Shown: positions 48,078 through 57,418 of the stretch, in pieces
Position numbering within the stretch: position 1 is the first letter of the stretch
Layout of the letters: each line of letters begins with the position of its first letter
Assembly: GCA_002103105.1 (NCBI GenBank)
Contig: DAAY01000004.1
Coordinates: forward strand, 27,746-91,745
Direction of reading: 5' to 3'
DNA: 64,000 nt
DNA from: Candidatus Gastranaerophilales bacterium HUM_1
GTDB taxonomy: Bacteria > Cyanobacteriota > Vampirovibrionia > Gastranaerophilales > Gastranaerophilaceae
Notes under the pieces: generated by a model
What the model was told of the DNA's origin: nothing
The model's input: only the letters and a program-made list of their open reading frames with translations
The model's database searches: none
Program-made: the position numbers and the translations under genes

Positions 48078-48310
48078 AAATAAATTCAACACTTACTTAA
48101 CAAAAACGAAGTATATCTAGCTTAATGCGTACTATTTAAACATCCAATTACCAAAGAATAAAACAGAATTTTAAAAATTATTACAAGTTTTAAAATACTT
48201 TTGAATGAAAAATACCATACTTTAGTATGAATTTTTTAAATTTAGACTAAAGTTATTAAAATTTATGCCGTAAATATAAATAAGAAGGCATGTATCAAAA
48301 AGGAAAAATT

Positions 48311-49546
48311 ATGGATAAAGAAGAGAAAAAGCAAACAGGAGTTTCATTATTCGGACAATCTGAATATTTAGTTGGAAGTGATCCGATAGAAGAAATGTTT
48401 GCATTAAACCTTGGAGATTTTATATCTGAAAATTTGATTTCAGAAGATTTAGCAAAAAAAATCAGCTCAAAATCAAATAAAAAAGAACGTCTTAAAAACC
48501 AATTGAAAGAATTAACAGACATATATTCTTCAAAGAATACTCTTTGCGTGCTTAATTTTTCTAGCAATGAAGAAACTGCTATCTACACATCTATTGCAAA
48601 ATCAATTGTGCAAATGATTGAAGTAGAAACTTGCAGAATTTATCTTGTTAAAGATGGAAACAAATTAGTTCTAACTGGAAATTCAACAGATAATGAACAG
48701 CATTGCAATATTGAACTAGACGAACTTACGCATAATGAACTTATTGAAAAAGACGGATTTACATATATTCCAATGAGAAGTTCATCTGTACCAGTTGGTG
48801 TTATTGAAATTTTGACAGAACGCAAATTAGACGAAGATTTTCTAGAACTTGTAATGAATATTGCCAACCTTCTTGGAACAACAATTACATTACAAAACGA
48901 AATTGAACACACAAATAAATTAATCGATAATGAATCTAGTGAATTTGAACTAAAACAAGCAAGAGCAGAATTGACAGCTCTAATCGGTGATTTATGCGAT
49001 TATCAACAAAACTTTGTAGAAGCATTAGCAAATGCAGTTGACAAAAAAGGTCAATACACAGTTTCTCATTCAAGAAATACAGCAAAACTTGCTAGAGGAA
49101 TTTGTAAAAAATTAGGATTAAACGAAAAAACAACCGATTTAATTTACTATGCAGGATTATTGCAAAATATCGGGAAAATTACACTTCCAGAAAAGATTTT
49201 TGCTAATAATGGGAAATTATCTCCAGAAGAATTGCAGAAAATCAAAAACCATACTAATGTTGGTGTAAACTTGCTAATGAATATAAACTTCTTATCAGAA
49301 GTTGTACCTTACATCACTTATCAAACAGAAAGAGTTGATGGTTCTGGAACTCCAGAAGGATTGAAAGGTCAATCAATTCCTCTAGGTTCAAGAATTATTG
49401 CAACAGCAGATGCGTACTCTGCAATGACATCCGACAGACCATACAGAAAAGCAATGGACTCAGAAAAAGCAATTGAAATTATCAAATCAGAAGCTGGAAT
49501 AAAATGGGATAAAGATGTCGTTAACGCTTTAACTCAGATTGTTTAA
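48311..49546 (+). CDS. GAF domain protein with a degenerate HD-GYP domain
   Basis: HD-GYP scaffold is recognisable (HSRNTAKLA...LLQNIGK...HTNVG...YQTERVDGSGTPEGL...IATADAYSAMTSDRPYRKA), but HD is QN, HHE is YQTE and GYP is GTP. Start moved to MDKEEKK (AAAGGA RBS). Confidence 0.75.
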   Translation: MDKEEKKQTGVSLFGQSEYLVGSDPIEEMFALNLGDFISENLISEDLAKKISSKSNKKERLKNQLKELTDIYSSKNTLCVLNFSSNEETAIYTSIAKSIVQMIEVETCRIYLVKDGNKLVLTGNSTDNEQHCNIELDELTHNELIEKDGFTYIPMRSSSVPVGVIEILTERKLDEDFLELVMNIANLLGTTITLQNEIEHTNKLIDNESSEFELKQARAELTALIGDLCDYQQNFVEALANAVDKKGQYTVSHSRNTAKLARGICKKLGLNEKTTDLIYYAGLLQNIGKITLPEKIFANNGKLSPEELQKIKNHTNVGVNLLMNINFLSEVVPYITYQTERVDGSGTPEGLKGQSIPLGSRIIATADAYSAMTSDRPYRKAMDSEKAIEIIKSEAGIKWDKDVVNALTQIV

Positions 49547-49570
49547 TAAATACTATTGAATTAAGAGAAA

Positions 49571-49603
49571 AAGAGAAAAATCTTTTACCAAGATTTTTCT
49601 CTT
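49571..49603. terminator. bidirectional intrinsic terminator
   Basis: AAGAGAAAAATCTT-ttacc-AAGATTTTTCTCTT with flanking A and T runs, between convergent genes. Confidence 0.7.
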
Positions 49604-49631
49604 TTTGAAGAACTTATTTAACATTTACTTA

Positions 49632-50717
49632 TTAATTCATTGACTTTGTTTCAATAAATTCCGTATTTGGAGAATAAGAACCTTCTTGTTGATTCATATT
49701 CAACTTATTCACGATACTTGCACGTTTTTTGCGGAACAACATATCAACAAACGCTTCCAAACGAGTAACAAAACCAGCTTCACCAGTTTGTTCATCTATC
49801 GTCAAATTCAATAACGGTTTGTTAAATTGTTTTGCTCGTCTAGTAATTCTTTCTACCATCAATGAATCTGGACCACAACCAAACGCTGTAATAGTAATAA
49901 CACCATCAACTTTATTATCTTTCAAATAGTGTCCAGCACTACCAGTCATTTCATCTTCATTTGCCCAGTATTTTTCATTTCCTAAACTTGCAATACCTTC
50001 ATCTAACTGCTCAGCAGATAATTGAAGAGATGTGCAAACTTTTACATCCATCTTTTCAAGTTTATCGAAAATCTTCATACAAACACGTTCGTCATAAATG
50101 TTATAACCATGACCAACTAAAGCAATTGAAATTGGATATTCTTTTGTAGTGTTAGAAATAACAACTTTTCCTTGCAAAGCATAACTAAGAGCTTTTGAAT
50201 AAGGAAGTCCAGATTTTGTCATTACATAGAAATTGTTGTAACATCTCCAACCAGCTTTTGAAGCTCGTTTGATAACATTCATATCTGTAATACCAAAAGG
50301 TCTAACAGCTTCTGACAAGAAATGATACAGACCTTGATTTTTTTCTGATTTATCCAAAGTTGCTTCAATCATCGTAAAAGGTTGTTTTACAACATTTCTC
50401 ACTAAATCTGGCAACCCTCTAATTTTTGAACAATTGTATATTTTGTTATCAACAGATTGTAAAGAAGGAACAAGAATCTTATCTACGCCCTTGTTGATTA
50501 AATTCAAAATATGTCCGATATAAACTTTAATTGGCAAACAAGTTTCAGTAACAACCAAAGCCGCACCATCAGACATAGTTTGCTTTGTAGTTACATCTGA
50601 CAAAACTATCTTAATTCCTAAATCATTAAAAAATCCATAATAGAATGGATAATTATTGTAAAAAGACATTGCACGAGGAATGCCGATTACCTTTTCTTCA
50701 CATTTTGAATTTGTCAT
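49632..50717 (-). CDS. acyl-CoA dehydratase activase-related protein (DUF2229 type)
   Basis: VIGIPRAMSFYNNYPFYYGFFNDLGIKIVLSDVTTKQTMSDGAALVVTETCLPIKVYIGHILNL matches the family N-terminus as I remember it. Start moved to MTNSKCEEK (ATG 50717); the track start is a TTG. Confidence 0.7.
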   Translation of the reverse strand: MTNSKCEEKVIGIPRAMSFYNNYPFYYGFFNDLGIKIVLSDVTTKQTMSDGAALVVTETCLPIKVYIGHILNLINKGVDKILVPSLQSVDNKIYNCSKIRGLPDLVRNVVKQPFTMIEATLDKSEKNQGLYHFLSEAVRPFGITDMNVIKRASKAGWRCYNNFYVMTKSGLPYSKALSYALQGKVVISNTTKEYPISIALVGHGYNIYDERVCMKIFDKLEKMDVKVCTSLQLSAEQLDEGIASLGNEKYWANEDEMTGSAGHYLKDNKVDGVITITAFGCGPDSLMVERITRRAKQFNKPLLNLTIDEQTGEAGFVTRLEAFVDMLFRKKRASIVNKLNMNQQEGSYSPNTEFIETKSMN

Positions 50718-51080
50718 GCTATTTATCCCTAATATAATTCTACTATATTTATAATAGCTCAAAAAAATATTTTTTGTCAGCTAAATCAATATTATTTACG
50801 TTAGTTTATATATTTTAGTTAATTAACTCTATAAGCCAATAAATTGATTAGTCCGTTTCTAGAAAAAAGTAAATAGGATCAAATTCCCATCCCAAGAGAG
50901 AAAGAAGAAAGGGAGATTGAATTAATTTTTAAATTTAAATTAATATTTCTTAACAATTAAGCAATAAAAAGGCAATTTTATATATCTAAAATACTTTATT
51001 AGTATATAAGGAATATCTAGGATATATTTTTTACAGGAACAGGATACACAATTTAAGAGAAATCAATGGGAGGACAACGA

Positions 51081-51320
51081 ATGGGCGTTGGTGCTGATGA
51101 TTACATCGATAAGATGCTAGTACAAAAATATCAAGAAGAACGTGTTGATAATCACGACAACATGGAATCAATGGTCGATCCAAACAAAATGTTAGAAGCT
51201 ATGAATGATTACGCTGCAACAGTTCGTAACATGATGGAGCTTAGACAAAGATTGAACATTGCTTGTTATGCAATAAATGCAAGAACTGCTAGATACCAAA
51301 AATCTTTGGGACAGCGATAA
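51081..51320 (+). CDS. small hypothetical protein, 79 aa
   Basis: GGGAGGA RBS 7 nt upstream of ATG 51081 (MGVGADDYIDK). No motif recognised. Confidence 0.4.
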   Translation: MGVGADDYIDKMLVQKYQEERVDNHDNMESMVDPNKMLEAMNDYAATVRNMMELRQRLNIACYAINARTARYQKSLGQR

Positions 51321-51381
51321 AAAGTTTTGTGTCTAATTGTGCCTATTTGAGATAGAATAAGGTAAACAAGGAGACAACACC

Positions 51382-51951
51382 ATGGGAAAAATTATCCTAG
51401 GTTCTTCATCTCCCAGAAGAGCCGATATTCTGAAAAAACTAAAATTGGATTTTGAAATCATTCCGTCTTCTTATGTGGAACCACATGACCAGACGGATTT
51501 CTCTTATGCTTACGTTGAAAATTTAGCTTACAACAAAGCTCTTTACGTAGCAAAAGAATTACACCCAGAAAAACATCTTGTTCTTGGGGCAGACACAATC
51601 GTTGTAATAGATAACAAAATTCTTGGAAAACCTAAAGATTACGCAGAAGCAACAAAAATGTTACACGAACTATCTGGCAAAACTCATTTTGTCGTTACTG
51701 CAACTTCTATAATTGATTCTCAAACAATGACCTCAAAAACGAAATCAACCACAACTTATGTAACATTCAACAATCTAACTGAAGAACAAATTGATTATTA
51801 CATCTCTAATTTCAAACCGTTTGACAAAGCTGGCTCATATGGAATCCAAGAACTTCCAGAAGGATTTGTAAAATCCGTGGAAGGCGAATTAGATAACGTA
51901 ATTGGGCTTCCTTCAAAAACAGTTTTAGAACTCTTAAAACATTTTGAATAA
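51382..51951 (+). CDS. maf: Maf-like nucleoside triphosphate pyrophosphatase
   Basis: IILGSSSPRRADIL, GADTIVVIDNKILGKP, KAGSYGIQE. Confidence 0.85.
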   Translation: MGKIILGSSSPRRADILKKLKLDFEIIPSSYVEPHDQTDFSYAYVENLAYNKALYVAKELHPEKHLVLGADTIVVIDNKILGKPKDYAEATKMLHELSGKTHFVVTATSIIDSQTMTSKTKSTTTYVTFNNLTEEQIDYYISNFKPFDKAGSYGIQELPEGFVKSVEGELDNVIGLPSKTVLELLKHFE

Positions 51952-51958
51952 CAACGTT

Positions 51959-51985
51959 AAAGGCTGACAAATTATGTCAGCCTTT
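51959..51985. terminator. intrinsic terminator between convergent maf and the response-regulator gene
   Basis: AAAGGCTGACA-aatta-TGTCAGCCTTT followed by a T run. Confidence 0.7.
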
Positions 51986-52019
51986 TTTTGGTTAATGAAT
52001 AATAAACACATAAAGTAAA

Positions 52020-52694
52020 TTAGACCATTCCCTCTTTTACCGCTTTAACCGCAGCTTGAACTCTATCGTTAACACACATCTTTTGTAAAATTGAACAAAC
52101 ATGAGCTTTAGCGGTGTGAACACTTACAATTAATTCTTTTGCAATTTCAGTATTACTTTTACCAGCGACAAGATGTTTCAAAACCTCACATTCTCTCTCT
52201 GTTAAAGGAATTCTTGCATGGTCAGACATTTTTGAACCAGTAATAGCAGAATTATCAACTTTGGGAATAGACTTTAATGCCATATTCGCAACAACAGAAT
52301 CAATCCAACACACACCTTGATGAACATCTCGAATTACATCTGCTAATTTTGAAGGATCAATATCTTTCAAACAATACGCATTTGCACCAGAACTCAATGC
52401 TGCAAGAACTTCTTCTTCTCTATCGTGAGAAGTCAAAGCAATAATTTTTATATCCTTTGAAAATTCTCTAATTTTAGCCGTAGCTTCAATCCCATTCATT
52501 GTAGGCAAACCCAAATCCATCAACACAACATCTGGCTGAAGTTTTTGAATTTGTTTAATTCCATCTATTGCATTTTCGCATTCTGCAACAACTTTTATAT
52601 CAGGATTAGAATTCAATGCACATCGCAATCCTACACGAGTTAATTTAAAATCTTCTACGATTATTACTGAAATTTGTTCTTGCTTAGTTTCCAT
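52020..52694 (-). CDS. NarL/LuxR-family response regulator
   Basis: Receiver domain (VIIVEDF...PDVVLMDLGLP...ALTSH) plus LuxR HTH (LTERECEVLKHLVAGKSNTEIAKELIVSVHTAKAHVCSILQKM). No adjacent histidine kinase gene. Confidence 0.85.
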   Translation of the reverse strand: METKQEQISVIIVEDFKLTRVGLRCALNSNPDIKVVAECENAIDGIKQIQKLQPDVVLMDLGLPTMNGIEATAKIREFSKDIKIIALTSHDREEEVLAALSSGANAYCLKDIDPSKLADVIRDVHQGVCWIDSVVANMALKSIPKVDNSAITGSKMSDHARIPLTERECEVLKHLVAGKSNTEIAKELIVSVHTAKAHVCSILQKMCVNDRVQAAVKAVKEGMV

Positions 52695-52854
52695 AATTGA
52701 TTCTCCATTGTCTTGTTGGCGTTAACATCTTTATCCAACAATTTCAATTTAGTACTTTAACTTCAAGATACTATTACCTAGTTAGCTAATATTAAAATCT
52801 TTACAATTCAAAAATTTTCTTATGGTATAATCTTTATATAATAGGGAGATATTT

Positions 52855-55149
52855 ATGTTTAAATTTTTATTTGCGAAGAAAGAGCAGCACTCTGCAATTA
52901 CAGAAGCTGAACTAAACAAAGTTTATTCAGAATTAAAAAAGGCATATCCAGCCGATAATATTCCAGAAATCAGGAAGAAATATTTGTCAATGCATATTCA
53001 AAAATATGGATACTTAACATATTCCTTCCAAAAAGCTCTTGATGAATTAACAAATGAAGAAACATTATTTGCACTAGAAGAAAAGTGGAAGCAAAATAAC
53101 ACATTCAAAAATGGAGAATTTACATTCAAACCTAATCAAATCAGCCCTCTTGCAAGAAACCACGAAAAAAATTCTGATTGGTTCAAAAAAGAAGGTCATG
53201 ACATCAAATTGATTAACCTTGCCGCACTTGGCAATGGAAACAAATCAGAGGAAACTGGAAAATTTTTCGACTGGTTGAAACAACTTCTAATTCTCCCAAC
53301 AGGGTGTATTGAAAATAAAATTTATAACACAACAATCTACCTAATCCCATTCCACCCAAGAGAATTCGGATGTGCTTATCTTCCAAAAAGTAGCGAAGTA
53401 AGCGAAAAATTAAAAGATAAACATGTTGAAGAATTAACTGGGATGAATGCTAAACAACAATTGCAAACATTTATATATCTTGCACAATTAGCAGGACACC
53501 CAGTAATTTACGATATCCTTCCTCAAACAGGAAGATTTTCAAAATTTGTACTAGCAAACCCACAAGTTGCACGCTGGTACGACATTACCGAATTACAAAA
53601 ACAATTAATGAATAAAATCAATGAAGTGGCAGAATTTTTGTCAAAAGACCACGACTCAGACGATATTCAAATTGTTAAAGATATTTATATACAAAGACTT
53701 CAAGGAAATTCTGGTGACTTAAGTCCCGCATTCCAAGAATTGTACAACAGTTTCGACGGAATTATGATTGAACACAAAAAAACTTTCTCAAACGCAATGC
53801 TTGAAAGAAGTTATCAATTGAAAATTCAAAAAAGAGTTAAAGAACTTGTTGCCAAAATTCACGGATTTAAAAACGATAAAAAACAACTTGAAGAAAAAGA
53901 CATTATAAAACAACTCGATACAATTCAAGCATTGATGACAGAAGGATTATGGCCAGCACCAGGCGGAGCGTGGTGTTCAGCTGGCGTTCCAATTTATGAC
54001 GGAATGAGCGAATGTGGAGGATACCCAACCTTCAAACACTACGATTTCAAAGGTGATGATGTTACTGCTCTAGCAAACCTTGACTGTCAAACCCCATATT
54101 ACTTCGTAAATCTTGAAAATGGAAAATTCAACGAAGATGTTATTGAACTATTTATCAATAGCATGAAACAACTACAACAAGATTATAACTTTGATGGATT
54201 TAGAGTTGACCACATCGACCACATTGTGGATGAAGTTTCTGAACAAAATGGAAGACCAATAAGTTACAGAGCTCCTCGATACGTTTTGAATAAATTAAAT
54301 ACTGCAATGAAAAAGAAATTCCCTTATTTTGCAACACTTGCAGAATACATGTTATGGGATAACTTCTATAAAGAATACCACCAAGACATGAAATTTGATG
54401 TATTGTGGGGAAATGATATTATTTCACAATTTGATAAAACTCCAGAAAGAATATCAGAAGATAACCAAAACTTATCAAACTACAATACAAAATTCAAAAA
54501 AGGTAACATGTTATCTATTTTAAAAACATATAATAACCAAGATGGAGAATTTCATTGTATAGACCAGTACCCAGCACAATTGGGAGAACAGGGAGCGTTG
54601 TACAAATGGGCAAAATATAAACTTCTTCCAGGGGGTAAATTTGCACAAAGACCAATGATGTACGTAGATGGCGACGAAAGTTTTACTCAAGGTGGAATTG
54701 AATACACTATTGGCGAAGAAGTTGCGATGAAACGAGCTAATAACGAAGACTTCTATACAAAATTTGATGCAATTGATAGATTTGTAAAAAGTAATAATGT
54801 TATTACTGGTGGAGAAGCTCAAATTATTGTAGATGATGAAGACGGTTATAGTGCTTGGTTAATAACAAGAGAGCCGTTAAGAAAAGCTTTTTTGGTTGTA
54901 TCAAACCATAAATACCCAACAGAAAAAGTGACAAAAACAGCCGCAACAGGAGAATCATATAAAGAAATTGTTGAAGGTTATACAATTTTTGATAAAGAAA
55001 TTCCAATCCCTGGAGATTACACGTTAAAATATGAATATTCACTAAACGAAAAAAACTATGAAGCAAGAGAAATCGAGCATACAGATAGACTTCATTTTGA
55101 AAAAATCGAACCAAGTGAATTTAGGATATTTGAACTTGAACGAGGCTAG
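52855..55149 (+). CDS. alpha-amylase-family (GH13-like) protein, specificity unknown
   Basis: FDGFRVDHIDHIVDE resembles GH13 conserved region II (GFRxDxxxH with the nucleophile Asp). The rest was not assignable by eye. Confidence 0.45.
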   Translation: MFKFLFAKKEQHSAITEAELNKVYSELKKAYPADNIPEIRKKYLSMHIQKYGYLTYSFQKALDELTNEETLFALEEKWKQNNTFKNGEFTFKPNQISPLARNHEKNSDWFKKEGHDIKLINLAALGNGNKSEETGKFFDWLKQLLILPTGCIENKIYNTTIYLIPFHPREFGCAYLPKSSEVSEKLKDKHVEELTGMNAKQQLQTFIYLAQLAGHPVIYDILPQTGRFSKFVLANPQVARWYDITELQKQLMNKINEVAEFLSKDHDSDDIQIVKDIYIQRLQGNSGDLSPAFQELYNSFDGIMIEHKKTFSNAMLERSYQLKIQKRVKELVAKIHGFKNDKKQLEEKDIIKQLDTIQALMTEGLWPAPGGAWCSAGVPIYDGMSECGGYPTFKHYDFKGDDVTALANLDCQTPYYFVNLENGKFNEDVIELFINSMKQLQQDYNFDGFRVDHIDHIVDEVSEQNGRPISYRAPRYVLNKLNTAMKKKFPYFATLAEYMLWDNFYKEYHQDMKFDVLWGNDIISQFDKTPERISEDNQNLSNYNTKFKKGNMLSILKTYNNQDGEFHCIDQYPAQLGEQGALYKWAKYKLLPGGKFAQRPMMYVDGDESFTQGGIEYTIGEEVAMKRANNEDFYTKFDAIDRFVKSNNVITGGEAQIIVDDEDGYSAWLITREPLRKAFLVVSNHKYPTEKVTKTAATGESYKEIVEGYTIFDKEIPIPGDYTLKYEYSLNEKNYEAREIEHTDRLHFEKIEPSEFRIFELERG

Positions 55150-55161
55150 TGACTAGCCTCG
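55141..55161 (+). terminator. hairpin overlapping the stop codon of the GH13-like gene
   Basis: CGAGGCTAG-tga-CTAGCCTCG followed by TTTCC. Confidence 0.55.
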
Positions 55162-55177
55162 TTTCCGATATTTTCTG

Positions 55178-55725
55178 CCTCTCCTTGAGGAGATAGCTAT
55201 CTTTTCCTTCTCTCTTTGGGAAGAAAGAGTGGAATTTCATCATTGTTCATTCCTCCCCGAGGGGGAGGCTAGGAGAGGGGTTGAACAGAACAAGGAACAC
55301 ATTGAAGAATTAAATACTCAATGGACCACCTCACCCTTCCCTCTCCTCAAGGAGAGGGATATTTGTTCCTTCTCTCTTTGAAAGAAAGAGTGGAATTTCA
55401 TCATTGTTCATTCCTCTCCGTGGGAGAGAACTATTTATTCCTTCTCCCTTGGGAGAAGGTTAGGATGAGGGGTTATTAAACAGAACAAGGAACACATTGA
55501 AGAATCAAATACTCAATGGACCACCTCACCCTTCCCTCTCCTCAAGGAGAGGGCTATTTGTTTCTTCACCCGAGAAAAAGTATCAACCCAAAATACAAAT
55601 ACGTTATTCTGAGCAAAGCGAAAAACCCCAAGCCTAACGTGCTCAACAAAACCCTTCATTCAAACCGTCCGCCTTAGGATAATTATTTCCCCCTCTCCTT
55701 GAGGAGAGGGGTAGGGGTGAGGTGG
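55178..55725. repeat. mosaic hairpin-module array R1 (REP/BIME-like)
   Basis: Two units of about 160-195 bp, then a 205-bp segment bounded by inverted module-A copies (55521-55553 and 55691-55725). Modules are A (CCACCTCACCC..CCCTCTCC-TCAA-GGAGAGGG), B, C and D as defined in the findings. Confidence 0.85.
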
Positions 55726-55750
55726 AAGCTCTTACGCATTTTACACTAAC

Positions 55751-55795
55751 CTACTTATCCCAAAAAACTTCTTGCAACTGCAAATAAACACCCAT
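55751..55795 (-). pseudogene. 3'-terminal fragment of a DUF559 endonuclease gene
   Basis: The minus strand reads MGVYLQLQEVFWDK-TAG, compared with GVYLHLQEVFGDK-TAG at the end of the intact gene (57997-58341). The same 25-bp spacer and inverted module A lie downstream, and homology ends at about 55795. Confidence 0.6.
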
Positions 55796-56134
55796 CAAAA
55801 TCACCCAAAAGAATTAAATATATTAACAAAAATTAAGCAAAATAAAGAAAAACCAAAATTTATTTACAAATAGTTACAATCCCTTAAACACTCGTCACAC
55901 AATACATTCAGCCTTATCAAAACGAACAATCTAATCCAAAAGAATTAATTTTTTAAAATTAATGTTATCTCACTAGTAAATTTGGGTTTAATAAAATTGT
56001 AAAGCGATGAGGATTACTTACATTTTGAGAATTCGAGAAGTTATAAATACTGAATAGGATATTAAAAGTTTGGGATACAATTCAAAATACTGAAGAGTAT
56101 CCCGTTGCGGTTTTCAAATGTCGTTTGGGACATA

Positions 56135-56440
56135 AAAGCAACCCCTCTAAAAATCCAAGCAAACACGTCATTCTGAACAAAGCAAAGCATCTCAAGCTTA
56201 GGTCCAGAGGCCAACCCCTCTCCCTAGCCCTCTCCCCATCGGAGAGGGAACAAGAGGTAAAGCTAATCAAACCTCAATCTCTCACTGAACTCAGAAAAAC
56301 AATTCCTTCTCCTTGGGGACACCAGCTGAACCGACGAAACGAAGTGAGTCGAGTGAAACTGCGTACCGTATGGCTGAAGGTTAAGATGAGGGGATAACCC
56401 AAACACAACTCCTCTCCGAGGGAGAGGTTGGGAGAGGGGA
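56135..56440. repeat. mosaic hairpin-module array R2 (more diverged)
   Basis: Contains a diverged D unit (CACGTCATTCTGAACAAAGCAAAGCATCTCAAGCTTAGG), the 33-nt element at 56215-56248, GAAGGTTAAGATGAGGGG, and a B-like CTCCTCTCCGAGGGAGAGGTTGGGAGAGGGG at 56409-56439. Confidence 0.65.
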
Positions 56441-56516
56441 CAACAGGACAACAACAAACAAAACCCACAACAAACGGCAAGAAACCCCGATATTTCAAGC
56501 AAAATCATCCAAACGG

Positions 56517-56545
56517 TTGACAGACTTTAAAAAAAATAGTAATAT
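56517..56545 (+). promoter_or_regulatory. sigma70-type promoter of the pilin gene
   Basis: TTGACA (56517-56522), 17-nt spacer, TAATAT (56540-56545), about 55 nt upstream of ATG 56603. Confidence 0.45.
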
Positions 56546-56602
56546 AATCGTTATGTAAAGCGTATGTTATAGTTTTATTTTAAAAAGAAAGGCGAAAAGA
56601 TT

Positions 56603-57379
56603 ATGACAAAAAGATTCGGTTTTACTTTGGCAGAAGTTTTGATCACATTAGGTATCATTGGTGTAGTTGCTGCCATGACTATCCCAACATTGATTGCTAA
56701 TACTAACTCAGCAAAATTTAGATCACAATTTAAGAAAACATTATCAACATTGAACCAAGCAGGTTTGATGGCTCAAGCACAATACGATTTTGACTATGCT
56801 GGTGCTGATACAGCTTGTAAAGAAGCAACAGGTGGTACTGAAAACCCAGAAGATATGATGTCATTCTGTTCATTATTGAACGGTACATTGACTGGTCACA
56901 CTTATGTTGGTAAACCATCAAAACTAAAAAGAGCTAACTCTGGAGCTACTAGTGCTGACAAAGCAACAACTTACTCTATCAACAAGGCTACGACTGGTTT
57001 CACATATACTTTAGCTGCTGGTTCTCATGATGAAATGATTGCTTACCAATTAGCAGATGGTTCAATCGTCGCATTCCCAGCAACAGCTACTGGTTGTACT
57101 CTTGAATTAGGTAAACAAGTTACAGCTAAAACATTAGGAGAGACTCCATTGAATGGATGTATTGGTTTCATCGACGTAAACGGTACAACATTACCTAACA
57201 AAGAAGTTACTTGTGGTACTGCTGCAACTTCTGGTATAGCATCAACAAAAGTTGAAACACCTTGTACTGTTAAAAACGATGCTAAACACATGACAGACGT
57301 ATTCCCAGTAGTATTCCACGATGCAACAGTAGAACCAGCATCAGATGCTGCTAAATATGTATTAACATCAGCTAAATAG
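56603..57379 (+). CDS. prepilin-type N-terminal cleavage/methylation domain protein, candidate major type IV pilin
   Basis: MTKRFG|FTLAEVLITLGIIGVVAAMTIPTLI (Gly -1, Phe +1, Glu +5). Cys pairs in the C-terminal half. Codon choice (GGT, GCT, ACT, GTT) and the strong promoter and terminator suggest high expression. Confidence 0.8.
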   Translation: MTKRFGFTLAEVLITLGIIGVVAAMTIPTLIANTNSAKFRSQFKKTLSTLNQAGLMAQAQYDFDYAGADTACKEATGGTENPEDMMSFCSLLNGTLTGHTYVGKPSKLKRANSGATSADKATTYSINKATTGFTYTLAAGSHDEMIAYQLADGSIVAFPATATGCTLELGKQVTAKTLGETPLNGCIGFIDVNGTTLPNKEVTCGTAATSGIASTKVETPCTVKNDAKHMTDVFPVVFHDATVEPASDAAKYVLTSAK

Positions 57380-57418
57380 TTAGTTTGATATAAAAACTTT
57401 TTAATTTAAAAGCTTTTG

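Noticed and set aside
50886-50915. CCCATCCCAAGAGAGAAAGAAGAAAGGGAG as another repeat-family copy
   Set aside because: It only loosely resembles the reverse complement of the TTCCTTCTCTCTTTGGGAAGAAAGAG module, which is too degenerate to call without an alignment statistic.
55283-55358. Module C-A as a conserved coding segment (VEQNKEHIEELNTQWTTSPFPLLKERD)
   Set aside because: Differences among the four copies look conservative at the amino-acid level (H/Y, I/V, T/S). However, each copy is followed by a stop within about 15 codons, lacks a start and RBS, and four copies are too few to show purifying selection. I treated it as non-coding.
56082-56508. Track ORFs 56082-56270(-), 56125-56397(+), 56263-56508(-) and 56274-56498(-) as genes
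   Set aside because: They overlap each other on both strands and are translations of the hairpin modules (PLSLALSPSERE-type low complexity). They have no RBS and lie entirely within array R2.
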